Positions 13,051 through 26,527 of a DNA stretch of 64,000 nt are shown in pieces. The notes under the pieces are model-generated. The model was not told the origin of the DNA, did not search any database, and saw nothing but the letters and a program-made list of their open reading frames with translations. The first letter of the stretch is position 1; each line of letters opens with the position of its first letter. A program made the translations under genes and the position numbers. Source of the DNA: Eledone cirrhosa (lineage: Eukaryota); the NCBI GenBank assembly GCA_964016885.1, contig OZ024745.1:120590001-120654000 (forward strand). Direction: 5' to 3'.

Positions 13051-13989
13051 GCTAATCTAGATTTTAGACTATCTTCCTTGTATATCGCATAAATTAAACT
13101 GTACCGATTAAAGAAACTCTACACAGTTGTTCCATCTGTCAATAATAGTATCCAAATCTCCTCTGTATCACACTCAACTGTCTTAATCCTTTTGATACCA
13201 ACTCACTCAAAACTGCCACTGGTATTATGGAACACAGCACCCATTTTAAAGAGTGTCTATCTAAATTAAAATCTTTCAATCACTATATAAATTTCTGCAC
13301 TTCTGTCATAACATGTAAAGAGAGAGGAGTAGTTTGACTACCTCATACTACTCCTCTCTCTTTACATCTGCTGCCTGCGTGAATGTATGTGTGTGTAAAA
13401 GGAAGGAAGGGGATGGTAAAAAATACTATGCTGTATGTGAGTGTATGTGTGCGTGTTTCTGTAAATGTATGTGTGTGTGTGCTTCTGTGAATGTATGCCT
13501 GTGAGTGTGTATTTTTGTAAGTGTGTCTGTGTTTGCATGATTATATTTATATACTCATATATATAAATGTATGCATATGCACACACACATATACACATAC
13601 GCATCAGTGATGGAAAAAATTCTAGTATATTATAATTTGACATAAGAACCATTTGTTAAATTATATTAAATACCATTTTGATAATGAAATAATTAATTAA
13701 TTTAGTAAATCTCTGAATCCTTGATTAGTTAATCTGAATACAGCATATTTCCTTATAATGGTTATACAACAATAACAACAGCAATCTAAACAGAAACAAC
13801 GGTATAATTTGTAGGCTCCATGCATCATTACTTAAGGTATTTCCATACAAGACTATCATAACTAGTAAATGTGAGTATAGTTATTTAGTAGCAGTGCTAT
13901 ATACACTAAAATTATCTTAACATTTACTGGTTGACTTGCACTATTAACCCAGCTCAAGCATTTTTCGCTCACGGGGAAATTTGAACAAC

Positions 13990-14206
13990 TTAACCCTTTA
14001 GCATTCACATTACTCTATATATACTATTATATTTTCATGGTAAAGGCTTTACCTCACATAATTATCTCACATAATATCGAATCTATGAGATTTTGAACGT
14101 ATTATTTTGAGAACAATACCTCAACATCAGTTTGAGCGACCAGTTACAGCCAGTTTCAACAGAAAGAGGTAGAGAATTCTGGTCGGTTTTAACATTAAAG
14201 GGTTAA
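13990..14206 (+). mobile_element. piggyBac-type MITE (family D)
   Basis: TTAA-CCCTTT...AAAGGG-TTAA. Confidence 0.85.
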
Positions 14207-14796
14207 CATATAGACCAGTAAGATTTAGAGGAAACATTCTTTCAAGACTGTTTTCTTCTTCTTTAAGCTTCAATATTTTTAAAGCATCTATTCCAGTTTT
14301 CTATAAGATCAGATGTGGTAATTGTGGCTAAGTAGTGAGGATGTTTGATATCAGCAAGAAATTAGAGATGAAGGAGTGACTTCCTCAATATTAGAACATA
14401 ATAATAGATATAGTCTGATACAGTACATATGGCACTGGAATACAGACTGCTTATATAGGTTACATTAAAAAAAAATAATAGAAAGTATGCAATGTGAATT
14501 TGAAAGATATATTTGCCAAGGTAAGTGTTGTAGAAGAGAAAAATGTTTGTGGAAAGGAAGACAAAAAAACAAACAAACAAAACAACAAAACAATATCTAC
14601 AGAAAATAAAAAATAAAAAATATATGTATAAGGAAAGCAAAAGAAAAAATGTTAAACTGGGGATTAAAATATCTTTGTTGTGGTTGTGGCTATAATATTA
14701 AGAACCCCAAGCTGGACAAGCAAGTAGCAAGTGTAAATATTTCTGTAAACCTTAACACTTTTGTGATCATATTTCTAATGAAATACATAATATGGC

Positions 14797-15021
14797 TTAA
14801 CCCTTTAGCATTTAAACCAGCCAAATCTGGCCAGAACACTCACCTTTTCTTGTTCAAAGCGGCCATATCTGGCCGCTCATACCTGCATTAAGGTAGTTCT
14901 CAAAATAAATAATATCAAAATTTTGTAGATTCGATATTATGTGAGATAATTATATAAGATAAAGCCTTTACTGTGAAAATACAATAGTAAATATAGAGTA
15001 ATGTAAATGCTGAAGGGTTAA
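14797..15021 (-). mobile_element. piggyBac-type MITE (family D)
   Basis: TTAA-flanked; inverted relative to 13990-14206. Confidence 0.85.
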
Positions 15022-15849
15022 TTAATTTTGGAAACATTCATGAATTTTAAGAGATCTAGTAAAATAAATGATGATATAGATTGAAGATTTCTTAGACTGG
15101 CAGAGGACAAGGCAACTTCTCTAGTGTTTGTGCAATGATAAATACACCCAGTACACTCTGTAAAGTCGTTGATGTTAGAAAAGGCATCCAGTCATACAAA
15201 GCAAGCCAAGAATAGAATGTTCAAGTAAGATATGGTCCTCCTAACTAAGTGGGAAGTAACTCTACATAGCTGGTTCAAGCCATAACAATCAGTATGGACA
15301 GCAGACTGATGATGATGATGTGATGTTGATGATATGCGTGTATACAGAATGAGAAAGAGAGAGAGGGGAGGAAAAGTGAAAGCATTGAATTGAATTCAGA
15401 TATTTACAAAATCTAATTTAAAAAAAAAAAAAACTGTGGACACAACCAAATTACAACAATTTCCTCAGGACATTTGTTGTTTTTACTAGACAAAACATGA
15501 TCGAGACAGATTTTCAGCTAATCTTCAGGAAATTAACTTTAAAGAAAAAAACAAAACATCATTGCTTACTATAATTTAAGTAAGAAAAAAAAAAAAAGAT
15601 TGTAGCAACTAATTTATTTTTGCTTTGTCAATAAACAGCTTGTTTACAAACAGTTGATTATCTGATATTATTTGACAAAGAATGTTAACTAGACTTGTGA
15701 TTACATGTTTAGTCTTCTCATAGAGAGGAAACAGAAACATTGACCACATAGAGAAGGTGACCACATACAGTTGTTGAGAGTTTACATTCCCCAAAACAAA
15801 ACAAAACAAAAGAAAAACACTAATTAATTACATGTGTGTGTGTGTGTGG

Positions 15850-16122
15850 GGGGGGGTCCAGTTATATGACATGTGGGAGGTCCAGCTAGCTATATTACAT
15901 GTGGGAAGTCCAGCTAGCTATATTACATGTGGGAGGTCCAGCTGTATTACGTGTGGGGAGGGGGTCCAGCTAGATATATTACATGTGGGGAGTTCCACTG
16001 TATTACATGTGGGGGAGGGGGTCCAGCTAGATATATTACATGTGGGAGGGGGGTCCAGCTAGCTGTATCACATGTGGGGAGTTTCCAGCTGTACTACATG
16101 TGGAGGGTCCAGCTAGCTATTT
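15850..16122. repeat. Degenerate ~25-35 bp minisatellite (tattacatgtgggaggtccagctagcta)
   Basis: About 9-10 repeats of acatgtggg...tccagct. Confidence 0.85.
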
Positions 16123-16424
16123 TGAATTAAACAAGCTTTAGATATTTTCTGCTAAATCACTAGAGGATGTCACACTTTCCCCTCCCCTATTTCTAACCCT
16201 ATCCCACAAGCCATGGAATACTTGCAGGAGAATGGTTTCATTTAGGGAGGTTGAACATTTAAACAGATAGAGAAGAAAGAGAAACAGATTAACAAAGATG
16301 TAGACTGATTTGTGTCTTGATAAACTGGGATTTTAAGGTTTATAGTACTGATAGTGAATTTTCTTTAATGGGGAAAACACACACATACAAATGGGAATTT
16401 GGGAACTGAACTCATAGCAAACCG

Positions 16425-16522
16425 TTTATGTGGTCTGATCTCTGACAACCAGCAACCATTTATGTGGTCTGATCTCTGACAACCAGCAACCATTTATGTG
16501 GTCTGATCTCTGACAACTAGCA
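16425..16522. repeat. 34-bp tandem repeat x3
   Basis: tttatgtggtctgatctctgacaac starts at 16425, 16459 and 16493. Confidence 0.92.
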
Positions 16523-16803
16523 AACCATACCACCAACTTCTTATTCACCCAGTTTTATTACCAATCCTTTATTTACATTAAACAGGCAGTCATAACATTT
16601 AAGACTGTGGGGAAATTTTCTTAAAGGTAAACATGGATGTAGAATTAAGACAGGTGAATGGTACAGAAGATTTGAAGTTGCCTGTGACTTGTCGAGAGCT
16701 ATTGTTGTTGTTGTTGCTGCTGCTGCTGCTGCTCTTGTTGTTGGGTAGCATTTATCCATTCTCATAAATCACGGAGAAGCAACAGAGAGAGAGAGAGAGA
16801 GAG

Positions 16804-16971
16804 TTAACCTGTTAGCATTTCCATTACTCTATATTTACTATTGTATTTTTATGGTAAAGGTTTTATCTCACATAATATCGAATCTATGGGCAGCCAGTTA
16901 TGGCTGGTTTGAACAGAAAAAGGTTAGAGAATTCTGGCCAGATACGGCTGGTTTAAATACTAAAGAGTTAA
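16804..16971 (+). mobile_element. piggyBac-type MITE (family D), internally deleted
   Basis: TTAA ends and the family D body. Confidence 0.8.
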
Positions 16972-17100
16972 ACAAGTCAAGCATTTTTTGCCTATCTAAA
17001 TTCATTGTGGACTTACTGTGATAAAATATGTTCTTCCCATTTTTAACTGTCTTGCCCCACTAAAACCAACTTTGCCTTTCGTTATTTTCAAGGTCAACAG

Positions 17101-17320
17101 GGAGGTGGATTAGCAGTATTAGTAAAGCGTCTGACAACAAACTTTGTGGTATACAGTTATGGCCCTTTATGTTCTGAGTTCAAATCCCACCAAGGTTAGC
17201 TTTGCTTTTCATCCTTACGGGGTCAATAAAATGAAGTACCAGTAATGCACTGGGGTTGATTTAATTGACTTTCACTTCCCCCAAAAAATGATTGGCCTTG
17301 TTCCTAAATCCGAAACAAAT
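17101..17320 (+). mobile_element. tRNA-derived SINE family A
   Basis: Matches the copy at 7257-7445. Confidence 0.85.
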
Positions 17321-18324
17321 TTGCAGTCTCGAGGCACTTGAAGTATGAAAACATTGGAATCATTTCAGCACACTACTTCACATTAAAATGAATCACACAC
17401 ACACACGGCCGACAGTATTTGAAGGCAGTCATATTTCAGCCACAACAGTATAGTGTAATTTGTAGGTTGTAAAGTGTGTGTGTGTGTGTGTATATATATA
17501 TTACTTATGTGTAATGTTTTAGAGAATAACAGTTAGGTCCATAGCCTGTGGACAGTTTCTCAGAACAGAAAGATTAGAAATGAAGTGAAATTGGTGCATT
17601 TAATGTTTTCTTTCTAAAATCTGAAGATTAATAAATATGTGTATGTGTTTGTGGTTGAGAGATAATGGGTAGGAGAGTGTATGGAGCAGAAGGGCGATAA
17701 CATATGGGAGGAAGGGCGATAACATATGGGAGAAATAAGTTCTAAAATAGATGTGGCTGCAGAATAATTATGCCTGATGTTTAGGAGAGATAGAGAAGTG
17801 AGCAGACAGACAGATAGATAGATAAAGAGAGAGGGAGAGAGAGAGAGGTGAGCAGACAGACAGATAGATAGATAGATAAGGAGAGAGGCAGAGAGAGACA
17901 AAGAGAGCAATGGGAAATAGAAAATAAAGTGGACTGTGTGTAATGAAAATGGGAGTTCAATAAATGAATGTAGTTTGCTGGAATTCACAAATCCAGTAGA
18001 GCAACAATAGCTTCACAGTGAAATTTTTATAAAGACAGAAGATTATCTGAGCAATGGAGGCGGGTGGAGGAGACTAGCAATTAAGTAAATAGTTTTTGAA
18101 ATTTGAAATGTTGGAATCCAAATGCTGAAACCACTATAAATAACAATAGTTCTAGAAAACCGGGTTTTTGAAAAGACAGAAAAAAATGGCCAATTGAATC
18201 TATGGAGATTGAACTCTGTATCTCTTTGAATTCTGGCCAATTTTCTAAAGCTATTATTATTTACAAATATTATTTACTGGCCTTGTGCCTATATAAGAAA
18301 CCATTATTATTTACAAATAGGACA

Positions 18325-18510
18325 GTGGATTGGCAGTATCGGTAGAGAGTCGGACACCATGCTTTGAAGCATAGAGTTACGTCCCTTTACGGTCTGAGTT
18401 CAAATCCTGCCGAGGTTAACTTTGCCTTTCATCCTTATGGGGTCGATAAAATAAAGTACCAGTAATACACTGAGTAATTGCCGGCCTTGTGCCAAAAGTA
18501 GAAACAATTA
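18325..18510 (+). mobile_element. tRNA-derived SINE family A with TSD
   Basis: Full family A body flanked by the duplicated ttatttacaaatagg. Confidence 0.9.
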
Positions 18511-18519
18511 TTTACAAAT

Positions 18520-18773
18520 AGGCTATGTAGCCGGTAAACCCTAAAGGGACGCAACACACATCACTATAGCGTTTCACCAGCCCCTTCCTTTTGTTGTCTA
18601 TTTATGTATTTAAGTGTAGATGTGTGTGTGTGTAACTAAAGCCTAACGTACATTACAAATGGATGACTAAATGATTTTAACTTGTTTTTTAACAATTGAT
18701 GGTGGAAAAGATTTCAAATTGTCTTAACTGGGCCACAACTCATGGTGTGACACTCTTACCAGCTACATAGCCT
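18520..18773. mobile_element. MITE with 18-bp terminal inverted repeats
   Basis: aggctatgtagccggtaa (18520-18537) / ttaccagctacatagcct (18756-18773), 1 mismatch. Confidence 0.6.
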
Positions 18774-19244
18774 CTTCCTACCCTACTATTTACAGCAATT
18801 TCTACATTTAGATTCCAACATTTTGAATTTCAAATCATCCAAGTGCTTTAGTAAAATGTAACAGATGGTTTTTTTTTAAGCAATATTGAAAATTTTGTTC
18901 ATCAACAAGGGAAAATTAAATCATTCTTTATGCAAGAGATTTTGAAACAAGGAAACAAGTGAAACAGATTTCTCATAATTTTAAAGATTATTTGAGGATT
19001 TTATTTTAGAACATTCACATTAAATGAAGTGAAGTTTCTGAAAACCAAATAACTGATCATTTTAAATACTTTTACTAAAAAGAGCATTCACATTGTGTGA
19101 CAGGAAATGTTTGGAGAATCATGCCTGCAATTTTGGTTTCAGGTCACAGGTTGTTTTGTTTGTTCTTTGAAGTTAGTGAAAGGTTGATGTGACCTTAATG
19201 CTCAACGTGGACATCTGAAAGTCAATGTTTGCAGAAAAAATGAG

Positions 19245-19375
19245 ATCTGATGATAAACCAGATGGTAGTAGTGGGGGTGATGGTGGTGTGTGGTGGGGGG
19301 GGGGTGATAAACCAGATGGTGGTAGGTGGTGGGTTGATAAACCAGATTGTAGTAGTGGTGGTGGTATTGGTGGTG

Positions 19376-19406
<31 letters not shown>

Positions 19407-19650
19407 TGATAAACCATCTGGGGGGGGTGATAAACCAGGTGGTGATGTTGATAAACTGGGTGATGATGGTGATGGTGGTGATAATAAACCAGATGGTAAT
19501 GATGAAAAACCATGTGGTGATAAACCAGATGATTATATTGATAAACTGGGTGGTGATAGTGATGGTGGTGATACCAGATGGTAATGGTGATAAACTGGAT
19601 GATGGTGGTGGTGATAAACTGGGCGGTGATGGTCATAAGAAGCCAGGTGG
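19245..19650. repeat. Degenerate minisatellite (ggtgataaaccagatggt)
   Basis: tgataaacc/tgataaact anchors separated by (GGT)n. Confidence 0.85.
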
Positions 19651-20586
19651 TTTGTAGAGAAAATATCAATGCTTTCCAATCTTCTATTTTAAAATGAATA
19701 ATTTATACATTGAGATGTCACCCATTCTTTTTTTGATAATGTTTTTTTATTAATTGGTCTGCATTTGTAAACCCCTGATGAAAGTAAAAATAACAACAAA
19801 CTCCTCAAAGGGATTTAAATTACATGTCTCTTGAAGGCTAAGAAAACATGCTAACACTCTTTAAAAGAACTTTGCCACTCCTGCTATGAGAATAAGGATA
19901 AATATGTTTATTTGGATAGTGAGCCTTGTGATCATGTGTGTACAAGTCAGCAGGAAGGGGGAAGGCCATTATCCTCCCAAAACACAAACAAAATAGTGAG
20001 GAATAGTTGGACAAAGCAAAAAGAATAAAATAATCAACAAGAGAAAGCAAAGATATTAAAGCATTATCAACAAAGGAAAATTATTTGCCAGCTAATAGTT
20101 GACCAAAATTCTTTACAAACAACTTTAATTCTTGTCCAAGAGAACTCTTTTTCAGAAGTAAAAGAATTAATCCAACACTTATTTCTCTTTGAATTAACCC
20201 CCATGTTATATTCCAGTCTTGTTTTAGTTAATCTTGCTTTTCCTCACTTAAATACATTCCCAAATTTTACAAAATGTACTGAACTCACTTTATCGAGGTA
20301 CCAACACCATAGAGGTTATCAGGTCTTTGACACAACAGAAAAGACCTCTCAACCCTTTCTTTGACAAACTTTCTTCCAACCACTTATTATGGAAAAAAAA
20401 CAATTTCTTTTGTCAATGCATCAAATGTGCAATTTGTGGCAATCAAATAGACAGATTCTATTTTGTAAAGTTTTGATAGATACTTTATTACTACCAGATG
20501 TCAACTCTATCCTGGTCACAAAAGTAGACAAAGATGTAATCTCAAATTGAATAAAACATGCATAGCAAGTACATAAATCCTACAGT

Positions 20587-20915
20587 TTGATAAATGTGTC
20601 TGAACACGGAAGAGTCGAACTCTCACTGTCATTGCCTCCATCTCTCTCGCCCTCCCCATCTCTCTGTATTATGAGTAAATGGGGTCCCATGTGCTGGCCG
20701 CCCCATGGCCCCAGCGGACAGAATGGAGAAGGCATTTCCCTGGAGGATGGTAAGGGAGATGCGCTGGAAGAGCCATTCCATCTCGCAAGGCTCACTCCAT
20801 CTAGCCAGTTCAGCGCCTATGGTGGTAAGTAGGGAGGTAGCCCTAGGGCCAAGGACACCAGAAGTCTCCACTACTAGGAGATTAACTGCAAACATGTCAG
20901 AGAGCGGCCGATACT
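20587..20915 (+). repeat. Interspersed repeat family C
   Basis: Homologous to 12845-13050 and to parts of 376-816. Confidence 0.75.
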
Positions 20916-21089
20916 TTATTACTTTGTGATAGATTATTTTGTTTTCCGAAAAACCCCTTCCTCTAATTCATTCTTTGTATGATTATCATATATATGCATT
21001 TTGTGCTGCTCTCATGAAAACGTGTGTATATGTATGTATGTATGCGTGTGTGTATATATATGTATATATATATATAAATATATAAATAG

Positions 21090-22030
21090 CAAATATAGGA
21101 CTAAACATAGAAATAGACAACAAGCACCAAAAATAAATGAACCAAATACTAATATAAGGACCCCTAGGAACTATAAAAAATCCAGAGATAGGAAATACTT
21201 ATGGTTCAATCCAATATTTAACTCCTCTATAAAAACCAAACTACCTTCGACATTCTTTAAGCTAATCGACAAACACTTCCCTAAACTTCACAAATACCAT
21301 AAAATCTTTAACATAAAAATACTGCATCCAACATAGAATCACACATACATAAAATTAACTATAGAAGAATCTCTAATGAAAATAACCTACAAACAAACAC
21401 CATAACACCAAATACAAAACACAAACACATAACAACATCGCAACCACACACACATCAGAACGCATCACAACAAAACATCAACAAACCCAAATCTCAGCCC
21501 ATACATAACAACATACAAAACCGCATCGAATAACCGGCACACAGGAAGGCCTCAAAAGGTTACTGTCACTTACCGGATAAGCGCCCACTACAAAATAGAT
21601 GTCTAGAGTCAAATATAGTGTACCTATGTACTATAAATTCAGGCAACTTAGCATGGCACTACATAGGTTCTACGGCGGGGGAGTTAAAAAAAAGATAGTA
21701 CGTCCACAGACATTCTATAAAGAACCGTAGACTAATGAACACAACAACGCTCATCAATAAAATCTGGCAGCTTAAAAATACAAACCAAGAAAACAGGATT
21801 AGCTGGTCGAAACTGTCGGGGGCAAAGGCCCACAAAAATTGAATGTCCCACTGCGGACTTTGCAATATGGAGTTGCTCCATATTTTAAAGTATGACAAAA
21901 TGCTGCTTAACAGCAAAATAGAACAGTCAATTTTCTGTAGGCATAAAGCAGCTACTAAATTCGCTAATTTCAAACCAACAATCCCATTATTTAAACTGAA
22001 CCACTTAGAGTCTATTATAATAACCCATTA
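21090..22030 (+). pseudogene. Penelope-like retroelement 3' ORF: linker plus GIY-YIG endonuclease (decayed)
   Basis: WFNPIFNSSIKTKLPSTFFKLIDKHFPKLHKYHKIFN, then from ~21561 YCHLPDKRPLQNRCLESNIVYLCTINSGNLAWHYIGSTAGELKKR*YVHRHS...CGLCNME...LLNSKIEQSIFCRHK (NIVY...YIG = GIY-YIG), with in-frame stops. Confidence 0.88.
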
Positions 22031-22049
22031 TTATTAACTGTCAATTACG

Positions 22050-22178
22050 ACCCTTTATGGTCTGAGTTCAAATCCCACCGAGGTTAACTTTGCCTTTCAT
22101 CCTTACGGGGTTGATAAAATAAAGTACCAGTAATGCACTGGTAAATGCTGGCCTTGTGCCAAAAGTAGAAACAATTAT
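22050..22178 (+). mobile_element. SINE family A, 5'-truncated, inserted in the PLE 3' region
   Basis: Family A core; ttattaactgtcaa is duplicated on both sides. Confidence 0.85.
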
Positions 22179-22692
22179 TAACTGTCAATAGATCAACTAA
22201 TCACTGAATCAACATCATAACCTCCTAACCTTTCTTTCTTCCTCTATCTTTCCCTAAAACTATTTCACCCCTTCCATTATATCCTATCATGTTCTCTTCA
22301 CCTTTCACATAACTTCCAATTTATTAATTTATCCTTTATTTAGCACTGTACTATTTCTTCGTAATATAATTTAACCAATACATGTGTGTGTGTGTTTGAT
22401 GTTTTCATGTTTATACCATCACCTCTTTATACTTTGACCACCACCACCGCCGCCACAACTGTTTTCGACAATCCTATTATGTTCACTTTTTTTTCACACA
22501 TACATATATATTTTTTTACTTATTTTTTATCATCTTCATTCTAACTTATTTATTATTATTTATTTATTTTTCATGTTTTATTTTCTTTTTTCTTTTTCTC
22601 TCTCTCTTTTTCTTTTTTCTTCTTCTTTCTTTATTACTGATGTTGTGATTTTAATTTTCCTAGTATATTACAACGCCATGTATAATTTTAAC

Positions 22693-22805
22693 CAGTTATT
22701 CCAATGAGTTGATTAGGCATACATTGTATTTAAAATTGAGTGACACAACTTCAAGTGATTAGCAATTTTTAGACAACCTAATCAATGAAACAATTGTTAA
22801 TACTG
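22693..22805 (+). ncRNA. Decayed hammerhead ribozyme in the PLE 3' pseudo-LTR
   Basis: Stem I cagttatt/aatactg; core CCAAUGA (CUGAUGA with 2 changes); stem II ttgattagg/cctaatcaa with a ~60-nt insert; GAAA 22787-22790; caattg; UU; AATAAA follows. Confidence 0.65.
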
Positions 22806-24070
22806 TAAATAAAACCCGTTTTGTACTGTTGACCATGTTATTCTTCACTCTTTCACTATTATTACTCCAAGATTAACCTGCATAGGAATTCCCAAGAACT
22901 CGCAACCTAACTCGGGAAACCTCTTGTTGAGTCAAAGAACGCTGTACAGGTCACTTTCGAGTGCTACTGGAAACATGTAACCCAGTACAACCTGTCTCAT
23001 GGTTGGGTCGTCAGCAACTAAACTGGCAACCCCACCAAGAACAACTTTGATCACAATAACAATCAGAATACTGAAAGAAAAAAAGAGCAGAGCTTGGCTC
23101 CTCTTCATCTGAAAATATTTCATGCAACAAAAATGACCGATGAGTTTCCAAAGCCAATATCACACAAATCAGCCAATTCTGATACAATATAAAGCAAAGA
23201 AATTTGGTAAGGAGTCTAGATTGGGAGATGTCATTGGCAAATGTCAAGGATTGCATTATTACCCTTTTAATGCATTTATGTATCATAGCTTTTTTATTTT
23301 TGAAAACTGAAAAAAGACTGATTCACAAAGTATGTAAAAAGTGGTTATCATTAGCAAACCATAAAGTGGATAGACTTATTAAACAAATACAAAACACAAA
23401 ACATTGGTGTTAGGTCAACAAAGTACTGTACACAGTTCTTGAAAATTATAGCTAAATGAGGTCATGCAGATGACTGCATTAATATAGCAAAGTTTATGAT
23501 ATTAATTGAGCTAATGAAACGTTTACATCCCCCATTAATTAGGGGAAAAACTGAAATGTTAGAAACCCTGCATATTATGACTTGGGTTGTTTTGGACATA
23601 GCAAATGATGTGAAGTGTCAGAGAAATGAAGACATATCGGAGGTGTGCAATGAGTCAAGCATAACTAAAAAATATAGCAATACTAGATACCCAGCAAACA
23701 AGTGTCAACATCTGTTGACAATAATATTGACCAAATATAATCGAATTTTGGTTGCTAAGAGACACAAAAATAAAACAAACAAAAAAACATTATTTCTTTA
23801 ACTTGCCTCCTGTGTGATTTGTAGTAACTGTATAAGGTCACCTTCAAATATATGATTGTGATGTGATCCATCAGCCCCACTAGGAGAGTAGCAACTCCAA
23901 ACTAGAACTGACTCAGACCATATTAATCTGTCCAACCCATGCCGGCTTGGAAAACGAAATAATGATGAAATGATTATGATATGAATTTCTGACTGATAAA
24001 AATATTTTTTTTTAATAAGAAATAAGTATTTGTGATTTTAAATGTGTAAAATTAAGCCTTCATCTCTTTC

Positions 24071-24283
24071 TTAACCCTTTCACATTTACATTACTCTATA
24101 TATATTATTGTATTTTTAGGTAAAGGCTTTATCTCACATAATATCGAATCTATGAGATTTTGATATTATTTATTTTACGAACAATATCTTAAAGTTGGCA
24201 TGAGTGGCCAGTTCTGGAAGGTTTGAACAGAAAGCGGTGAGAGTTCTGTCCGGATATAGCTGGTTTAATTGCTAAAGGGTTAA
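24071..24283 (+). mobile_element. piggyBac-type MITE (family D)
   Basis: TTAA-CCCTTT...AAAGGG-TTAA. Confidence 0.85.
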
Positions 24284-26164
24284 CCAAACAGCCCTATGTA
24301 CCCTTGAGTGTGATGATTCCTAGACATAGTTGATTTAAAACTTGTTTAATAAGTTCTCATTGTGAAGATGAAAGCTGACCTAAAGAATGAAGTAAATTAT
24401 AATAGTTTCTAATTTTAGCACAAGACCCGCAACTTTGGTGGCAGGGAAAATCAATTTTATCGACTTCGGTACTTGACTAGTACTTTATTTTATCAACCTC
24501 AGAAGGATGAAAGGCAAAGTTGATCTTGGCAGGATTTAAACTCAAAAAGTAAAGAGCCAGAACAAATACTGTTAAACATTTGCCCTCTAGCGCTAGTGTC
24601 TCCAAAAATGCATCCAGTAGGCATTGTAAAGTGGCTGGTGATAAGACGGGCATCCAGCCAAAAAAAGGGCCGAGAGGACTCATCAGTTGTGTTAAGGGCA
24701 TGACAACCTTTCTACTGTGGATGATACAATAAAACACACTCAGTACACTGAGTAGAATATGGAAATATATGTGAGATGTACTCACTGACCTGTCTGAGCA
24801 GTTAAGGGTTCTGGTTAAATACTGACTTGATCTGTGAAGCTATGTTCAGCTCTTGCAAGCAATGAAAACAAGTTAAATGCTGCTGATGATGATGATATAT
24901 ATTTTGAGATAACTTTGTTTATATTTTATCATGTCTATTGTAGCTTTCTATTTTGGATGGATACCATGCCTGGGGTTTGATGCCTATTTCTTCCCTCTTC
25001 CCCCTTCTTTCCTCTCTCTCTCCCTGCTTTTCTTTTCCTCTTAATACTTCTTTTCTTTCTTCCTCCCTTCTCCTACCCACCGCTCCTACTCGTCACTTCT
25101 GCTTACTACCACCTCCGCATACTGAGCCTTCATTGTTGCCTTTTCTTACAATGACCTGAAGCCGAGTGGATGCACTTTATTTTTCTCTCTCTCTTTGGCC
25201 TGTCTGTCTGTATTTAATCCATTTGTTCCTCACACAAACATCATACCAACAGAGATATTTATCTGTTTCTCTGTCTATTTTATGTGGTCCTTTTAGTTAA
25301 ATTGTCAAATCCAGAGGCAGTCTAAAAGCTGATAAGAGTATTTTCTCCTTTCTTCCTATCACTTCTGTGGGCTAACACACTTCTAGCCACTGATGTCTAT
25401 CCTTTGAGGTAAATTTTACCTGACGTTGTCATTGACGGAATTTTGCTGTTTTAACAGCTTCCTTGCATTGAGTTCTTCCCGTTATTCGACGAATTCTAAT
25501 ACACTTGCACCTCAAACTTGATATCCGAGATGACTTTGTTTATATATATATGAGTGTATTGCAATGAAAGAATATAATATTTCAAATATATCATAGTTGA
25601 TATAATCCAAAATAGACAGAAAAGAGCTACACTACCAACACTGATAGTGGATTTTCTCATTAATCTTGGGCTGTGACATGAAAATTCTTTTGTAACAAGA
25701 CTAAATATGTTTACATAAATCACATTTAATAATTTATGTATTGTGTGAAGTGTTCTGGAATTATTATTATAAGGTGTATAGTTCTAATGTTACAGCTAGT
25801 TTTGCTTAATATATAACATGAATTTTACTGCTCTGACAGGTTCATCCTTATCAACTTATCTATGATAAAGTGTATTCATTGTCACACCAGTATTAAAAAG
25901 ATAGATAAGTTAGTGGAGAATTATCATACACACTGTATAATTTTTCAATATTAAAACAATGTCATATGTTTTTCTGTTGTCTTTCTATGTTAAAATTAAT
26001 TAACAAAAACTTTGATTACAATCAAACAACTCAGTTTACTGTTCCCATCCATTCACTATTAACCAATTAATTACCACAATTCTAGCAAAAGAGACTGCAT
26101 ATGGCTTTGAAATAATTATGAAAATAATCAAGAATTTGGACAAAAACCACACTTTCGCCTAAAT

Positions 26165-26527
26165 ATTTACACTGCAGCAGGTATTCGAGAAATCGTGGGA
26201 GTATTGCCAAGAAGTATATTTTTGTTTTGTTGACCTTGAGAAGGCATATGACCGCATTCCTCAGGACCTGCTGTGGAAGGCTGTGCAGGAGTATGGGATT
26301 GATGGTCAGCTTCTTGCTGCCTTGATGTCTTTGTACAAATGGCAGAGTATTTGTGTTTGGGTTAATGGTGCTAAATCAAAACCATTCACTGTGGGAGTAT
26401 TTATTTTAACAGGATTGACATGTGCAGCCGGGCTGGAAGTGGTATCATGACTGATGGGTGTAAAATCACTCAGCTGGGATTTGCGGATAACACATGGTAT
26501 TACTTAACTCGTCAGAAGGTGATCTTT
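26165..26527 (+). pseudogene. RTE-clade reverse transcriptase fragment
   Basis: FEKSWEYCQEVYFCFVDLEKAYDRIPQDLLWKAVQEYGIDG... followed by a FAD(D)-like motif near 26480. Confidence 0.85.

Noticed and set aside
19202-19669. Gly/Asp-rich GGDKPD repeat protein
   Set aside because: A degenerate minisatellite with poly-G and (GT)n length changes; open in several frames and with no convincing splice context.
19700-20520. Possible decayed coding sequence
   Set aside because: No recognisable motif in the frames I examined.
22708-22786. SECIS element inside the HHR stem II insert
   Set aside because: GUGAC...UGAU and AA are present, but the intervening helix is far shorter than the 11-12 bp a SECIS needs.
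24950-25500. Possible further PLE 3' end with an HHR
   Set aside because: It has a pyrimidine-rich PLE-like texture, but I could not assemble CUGANGA, stem II and GAAA.
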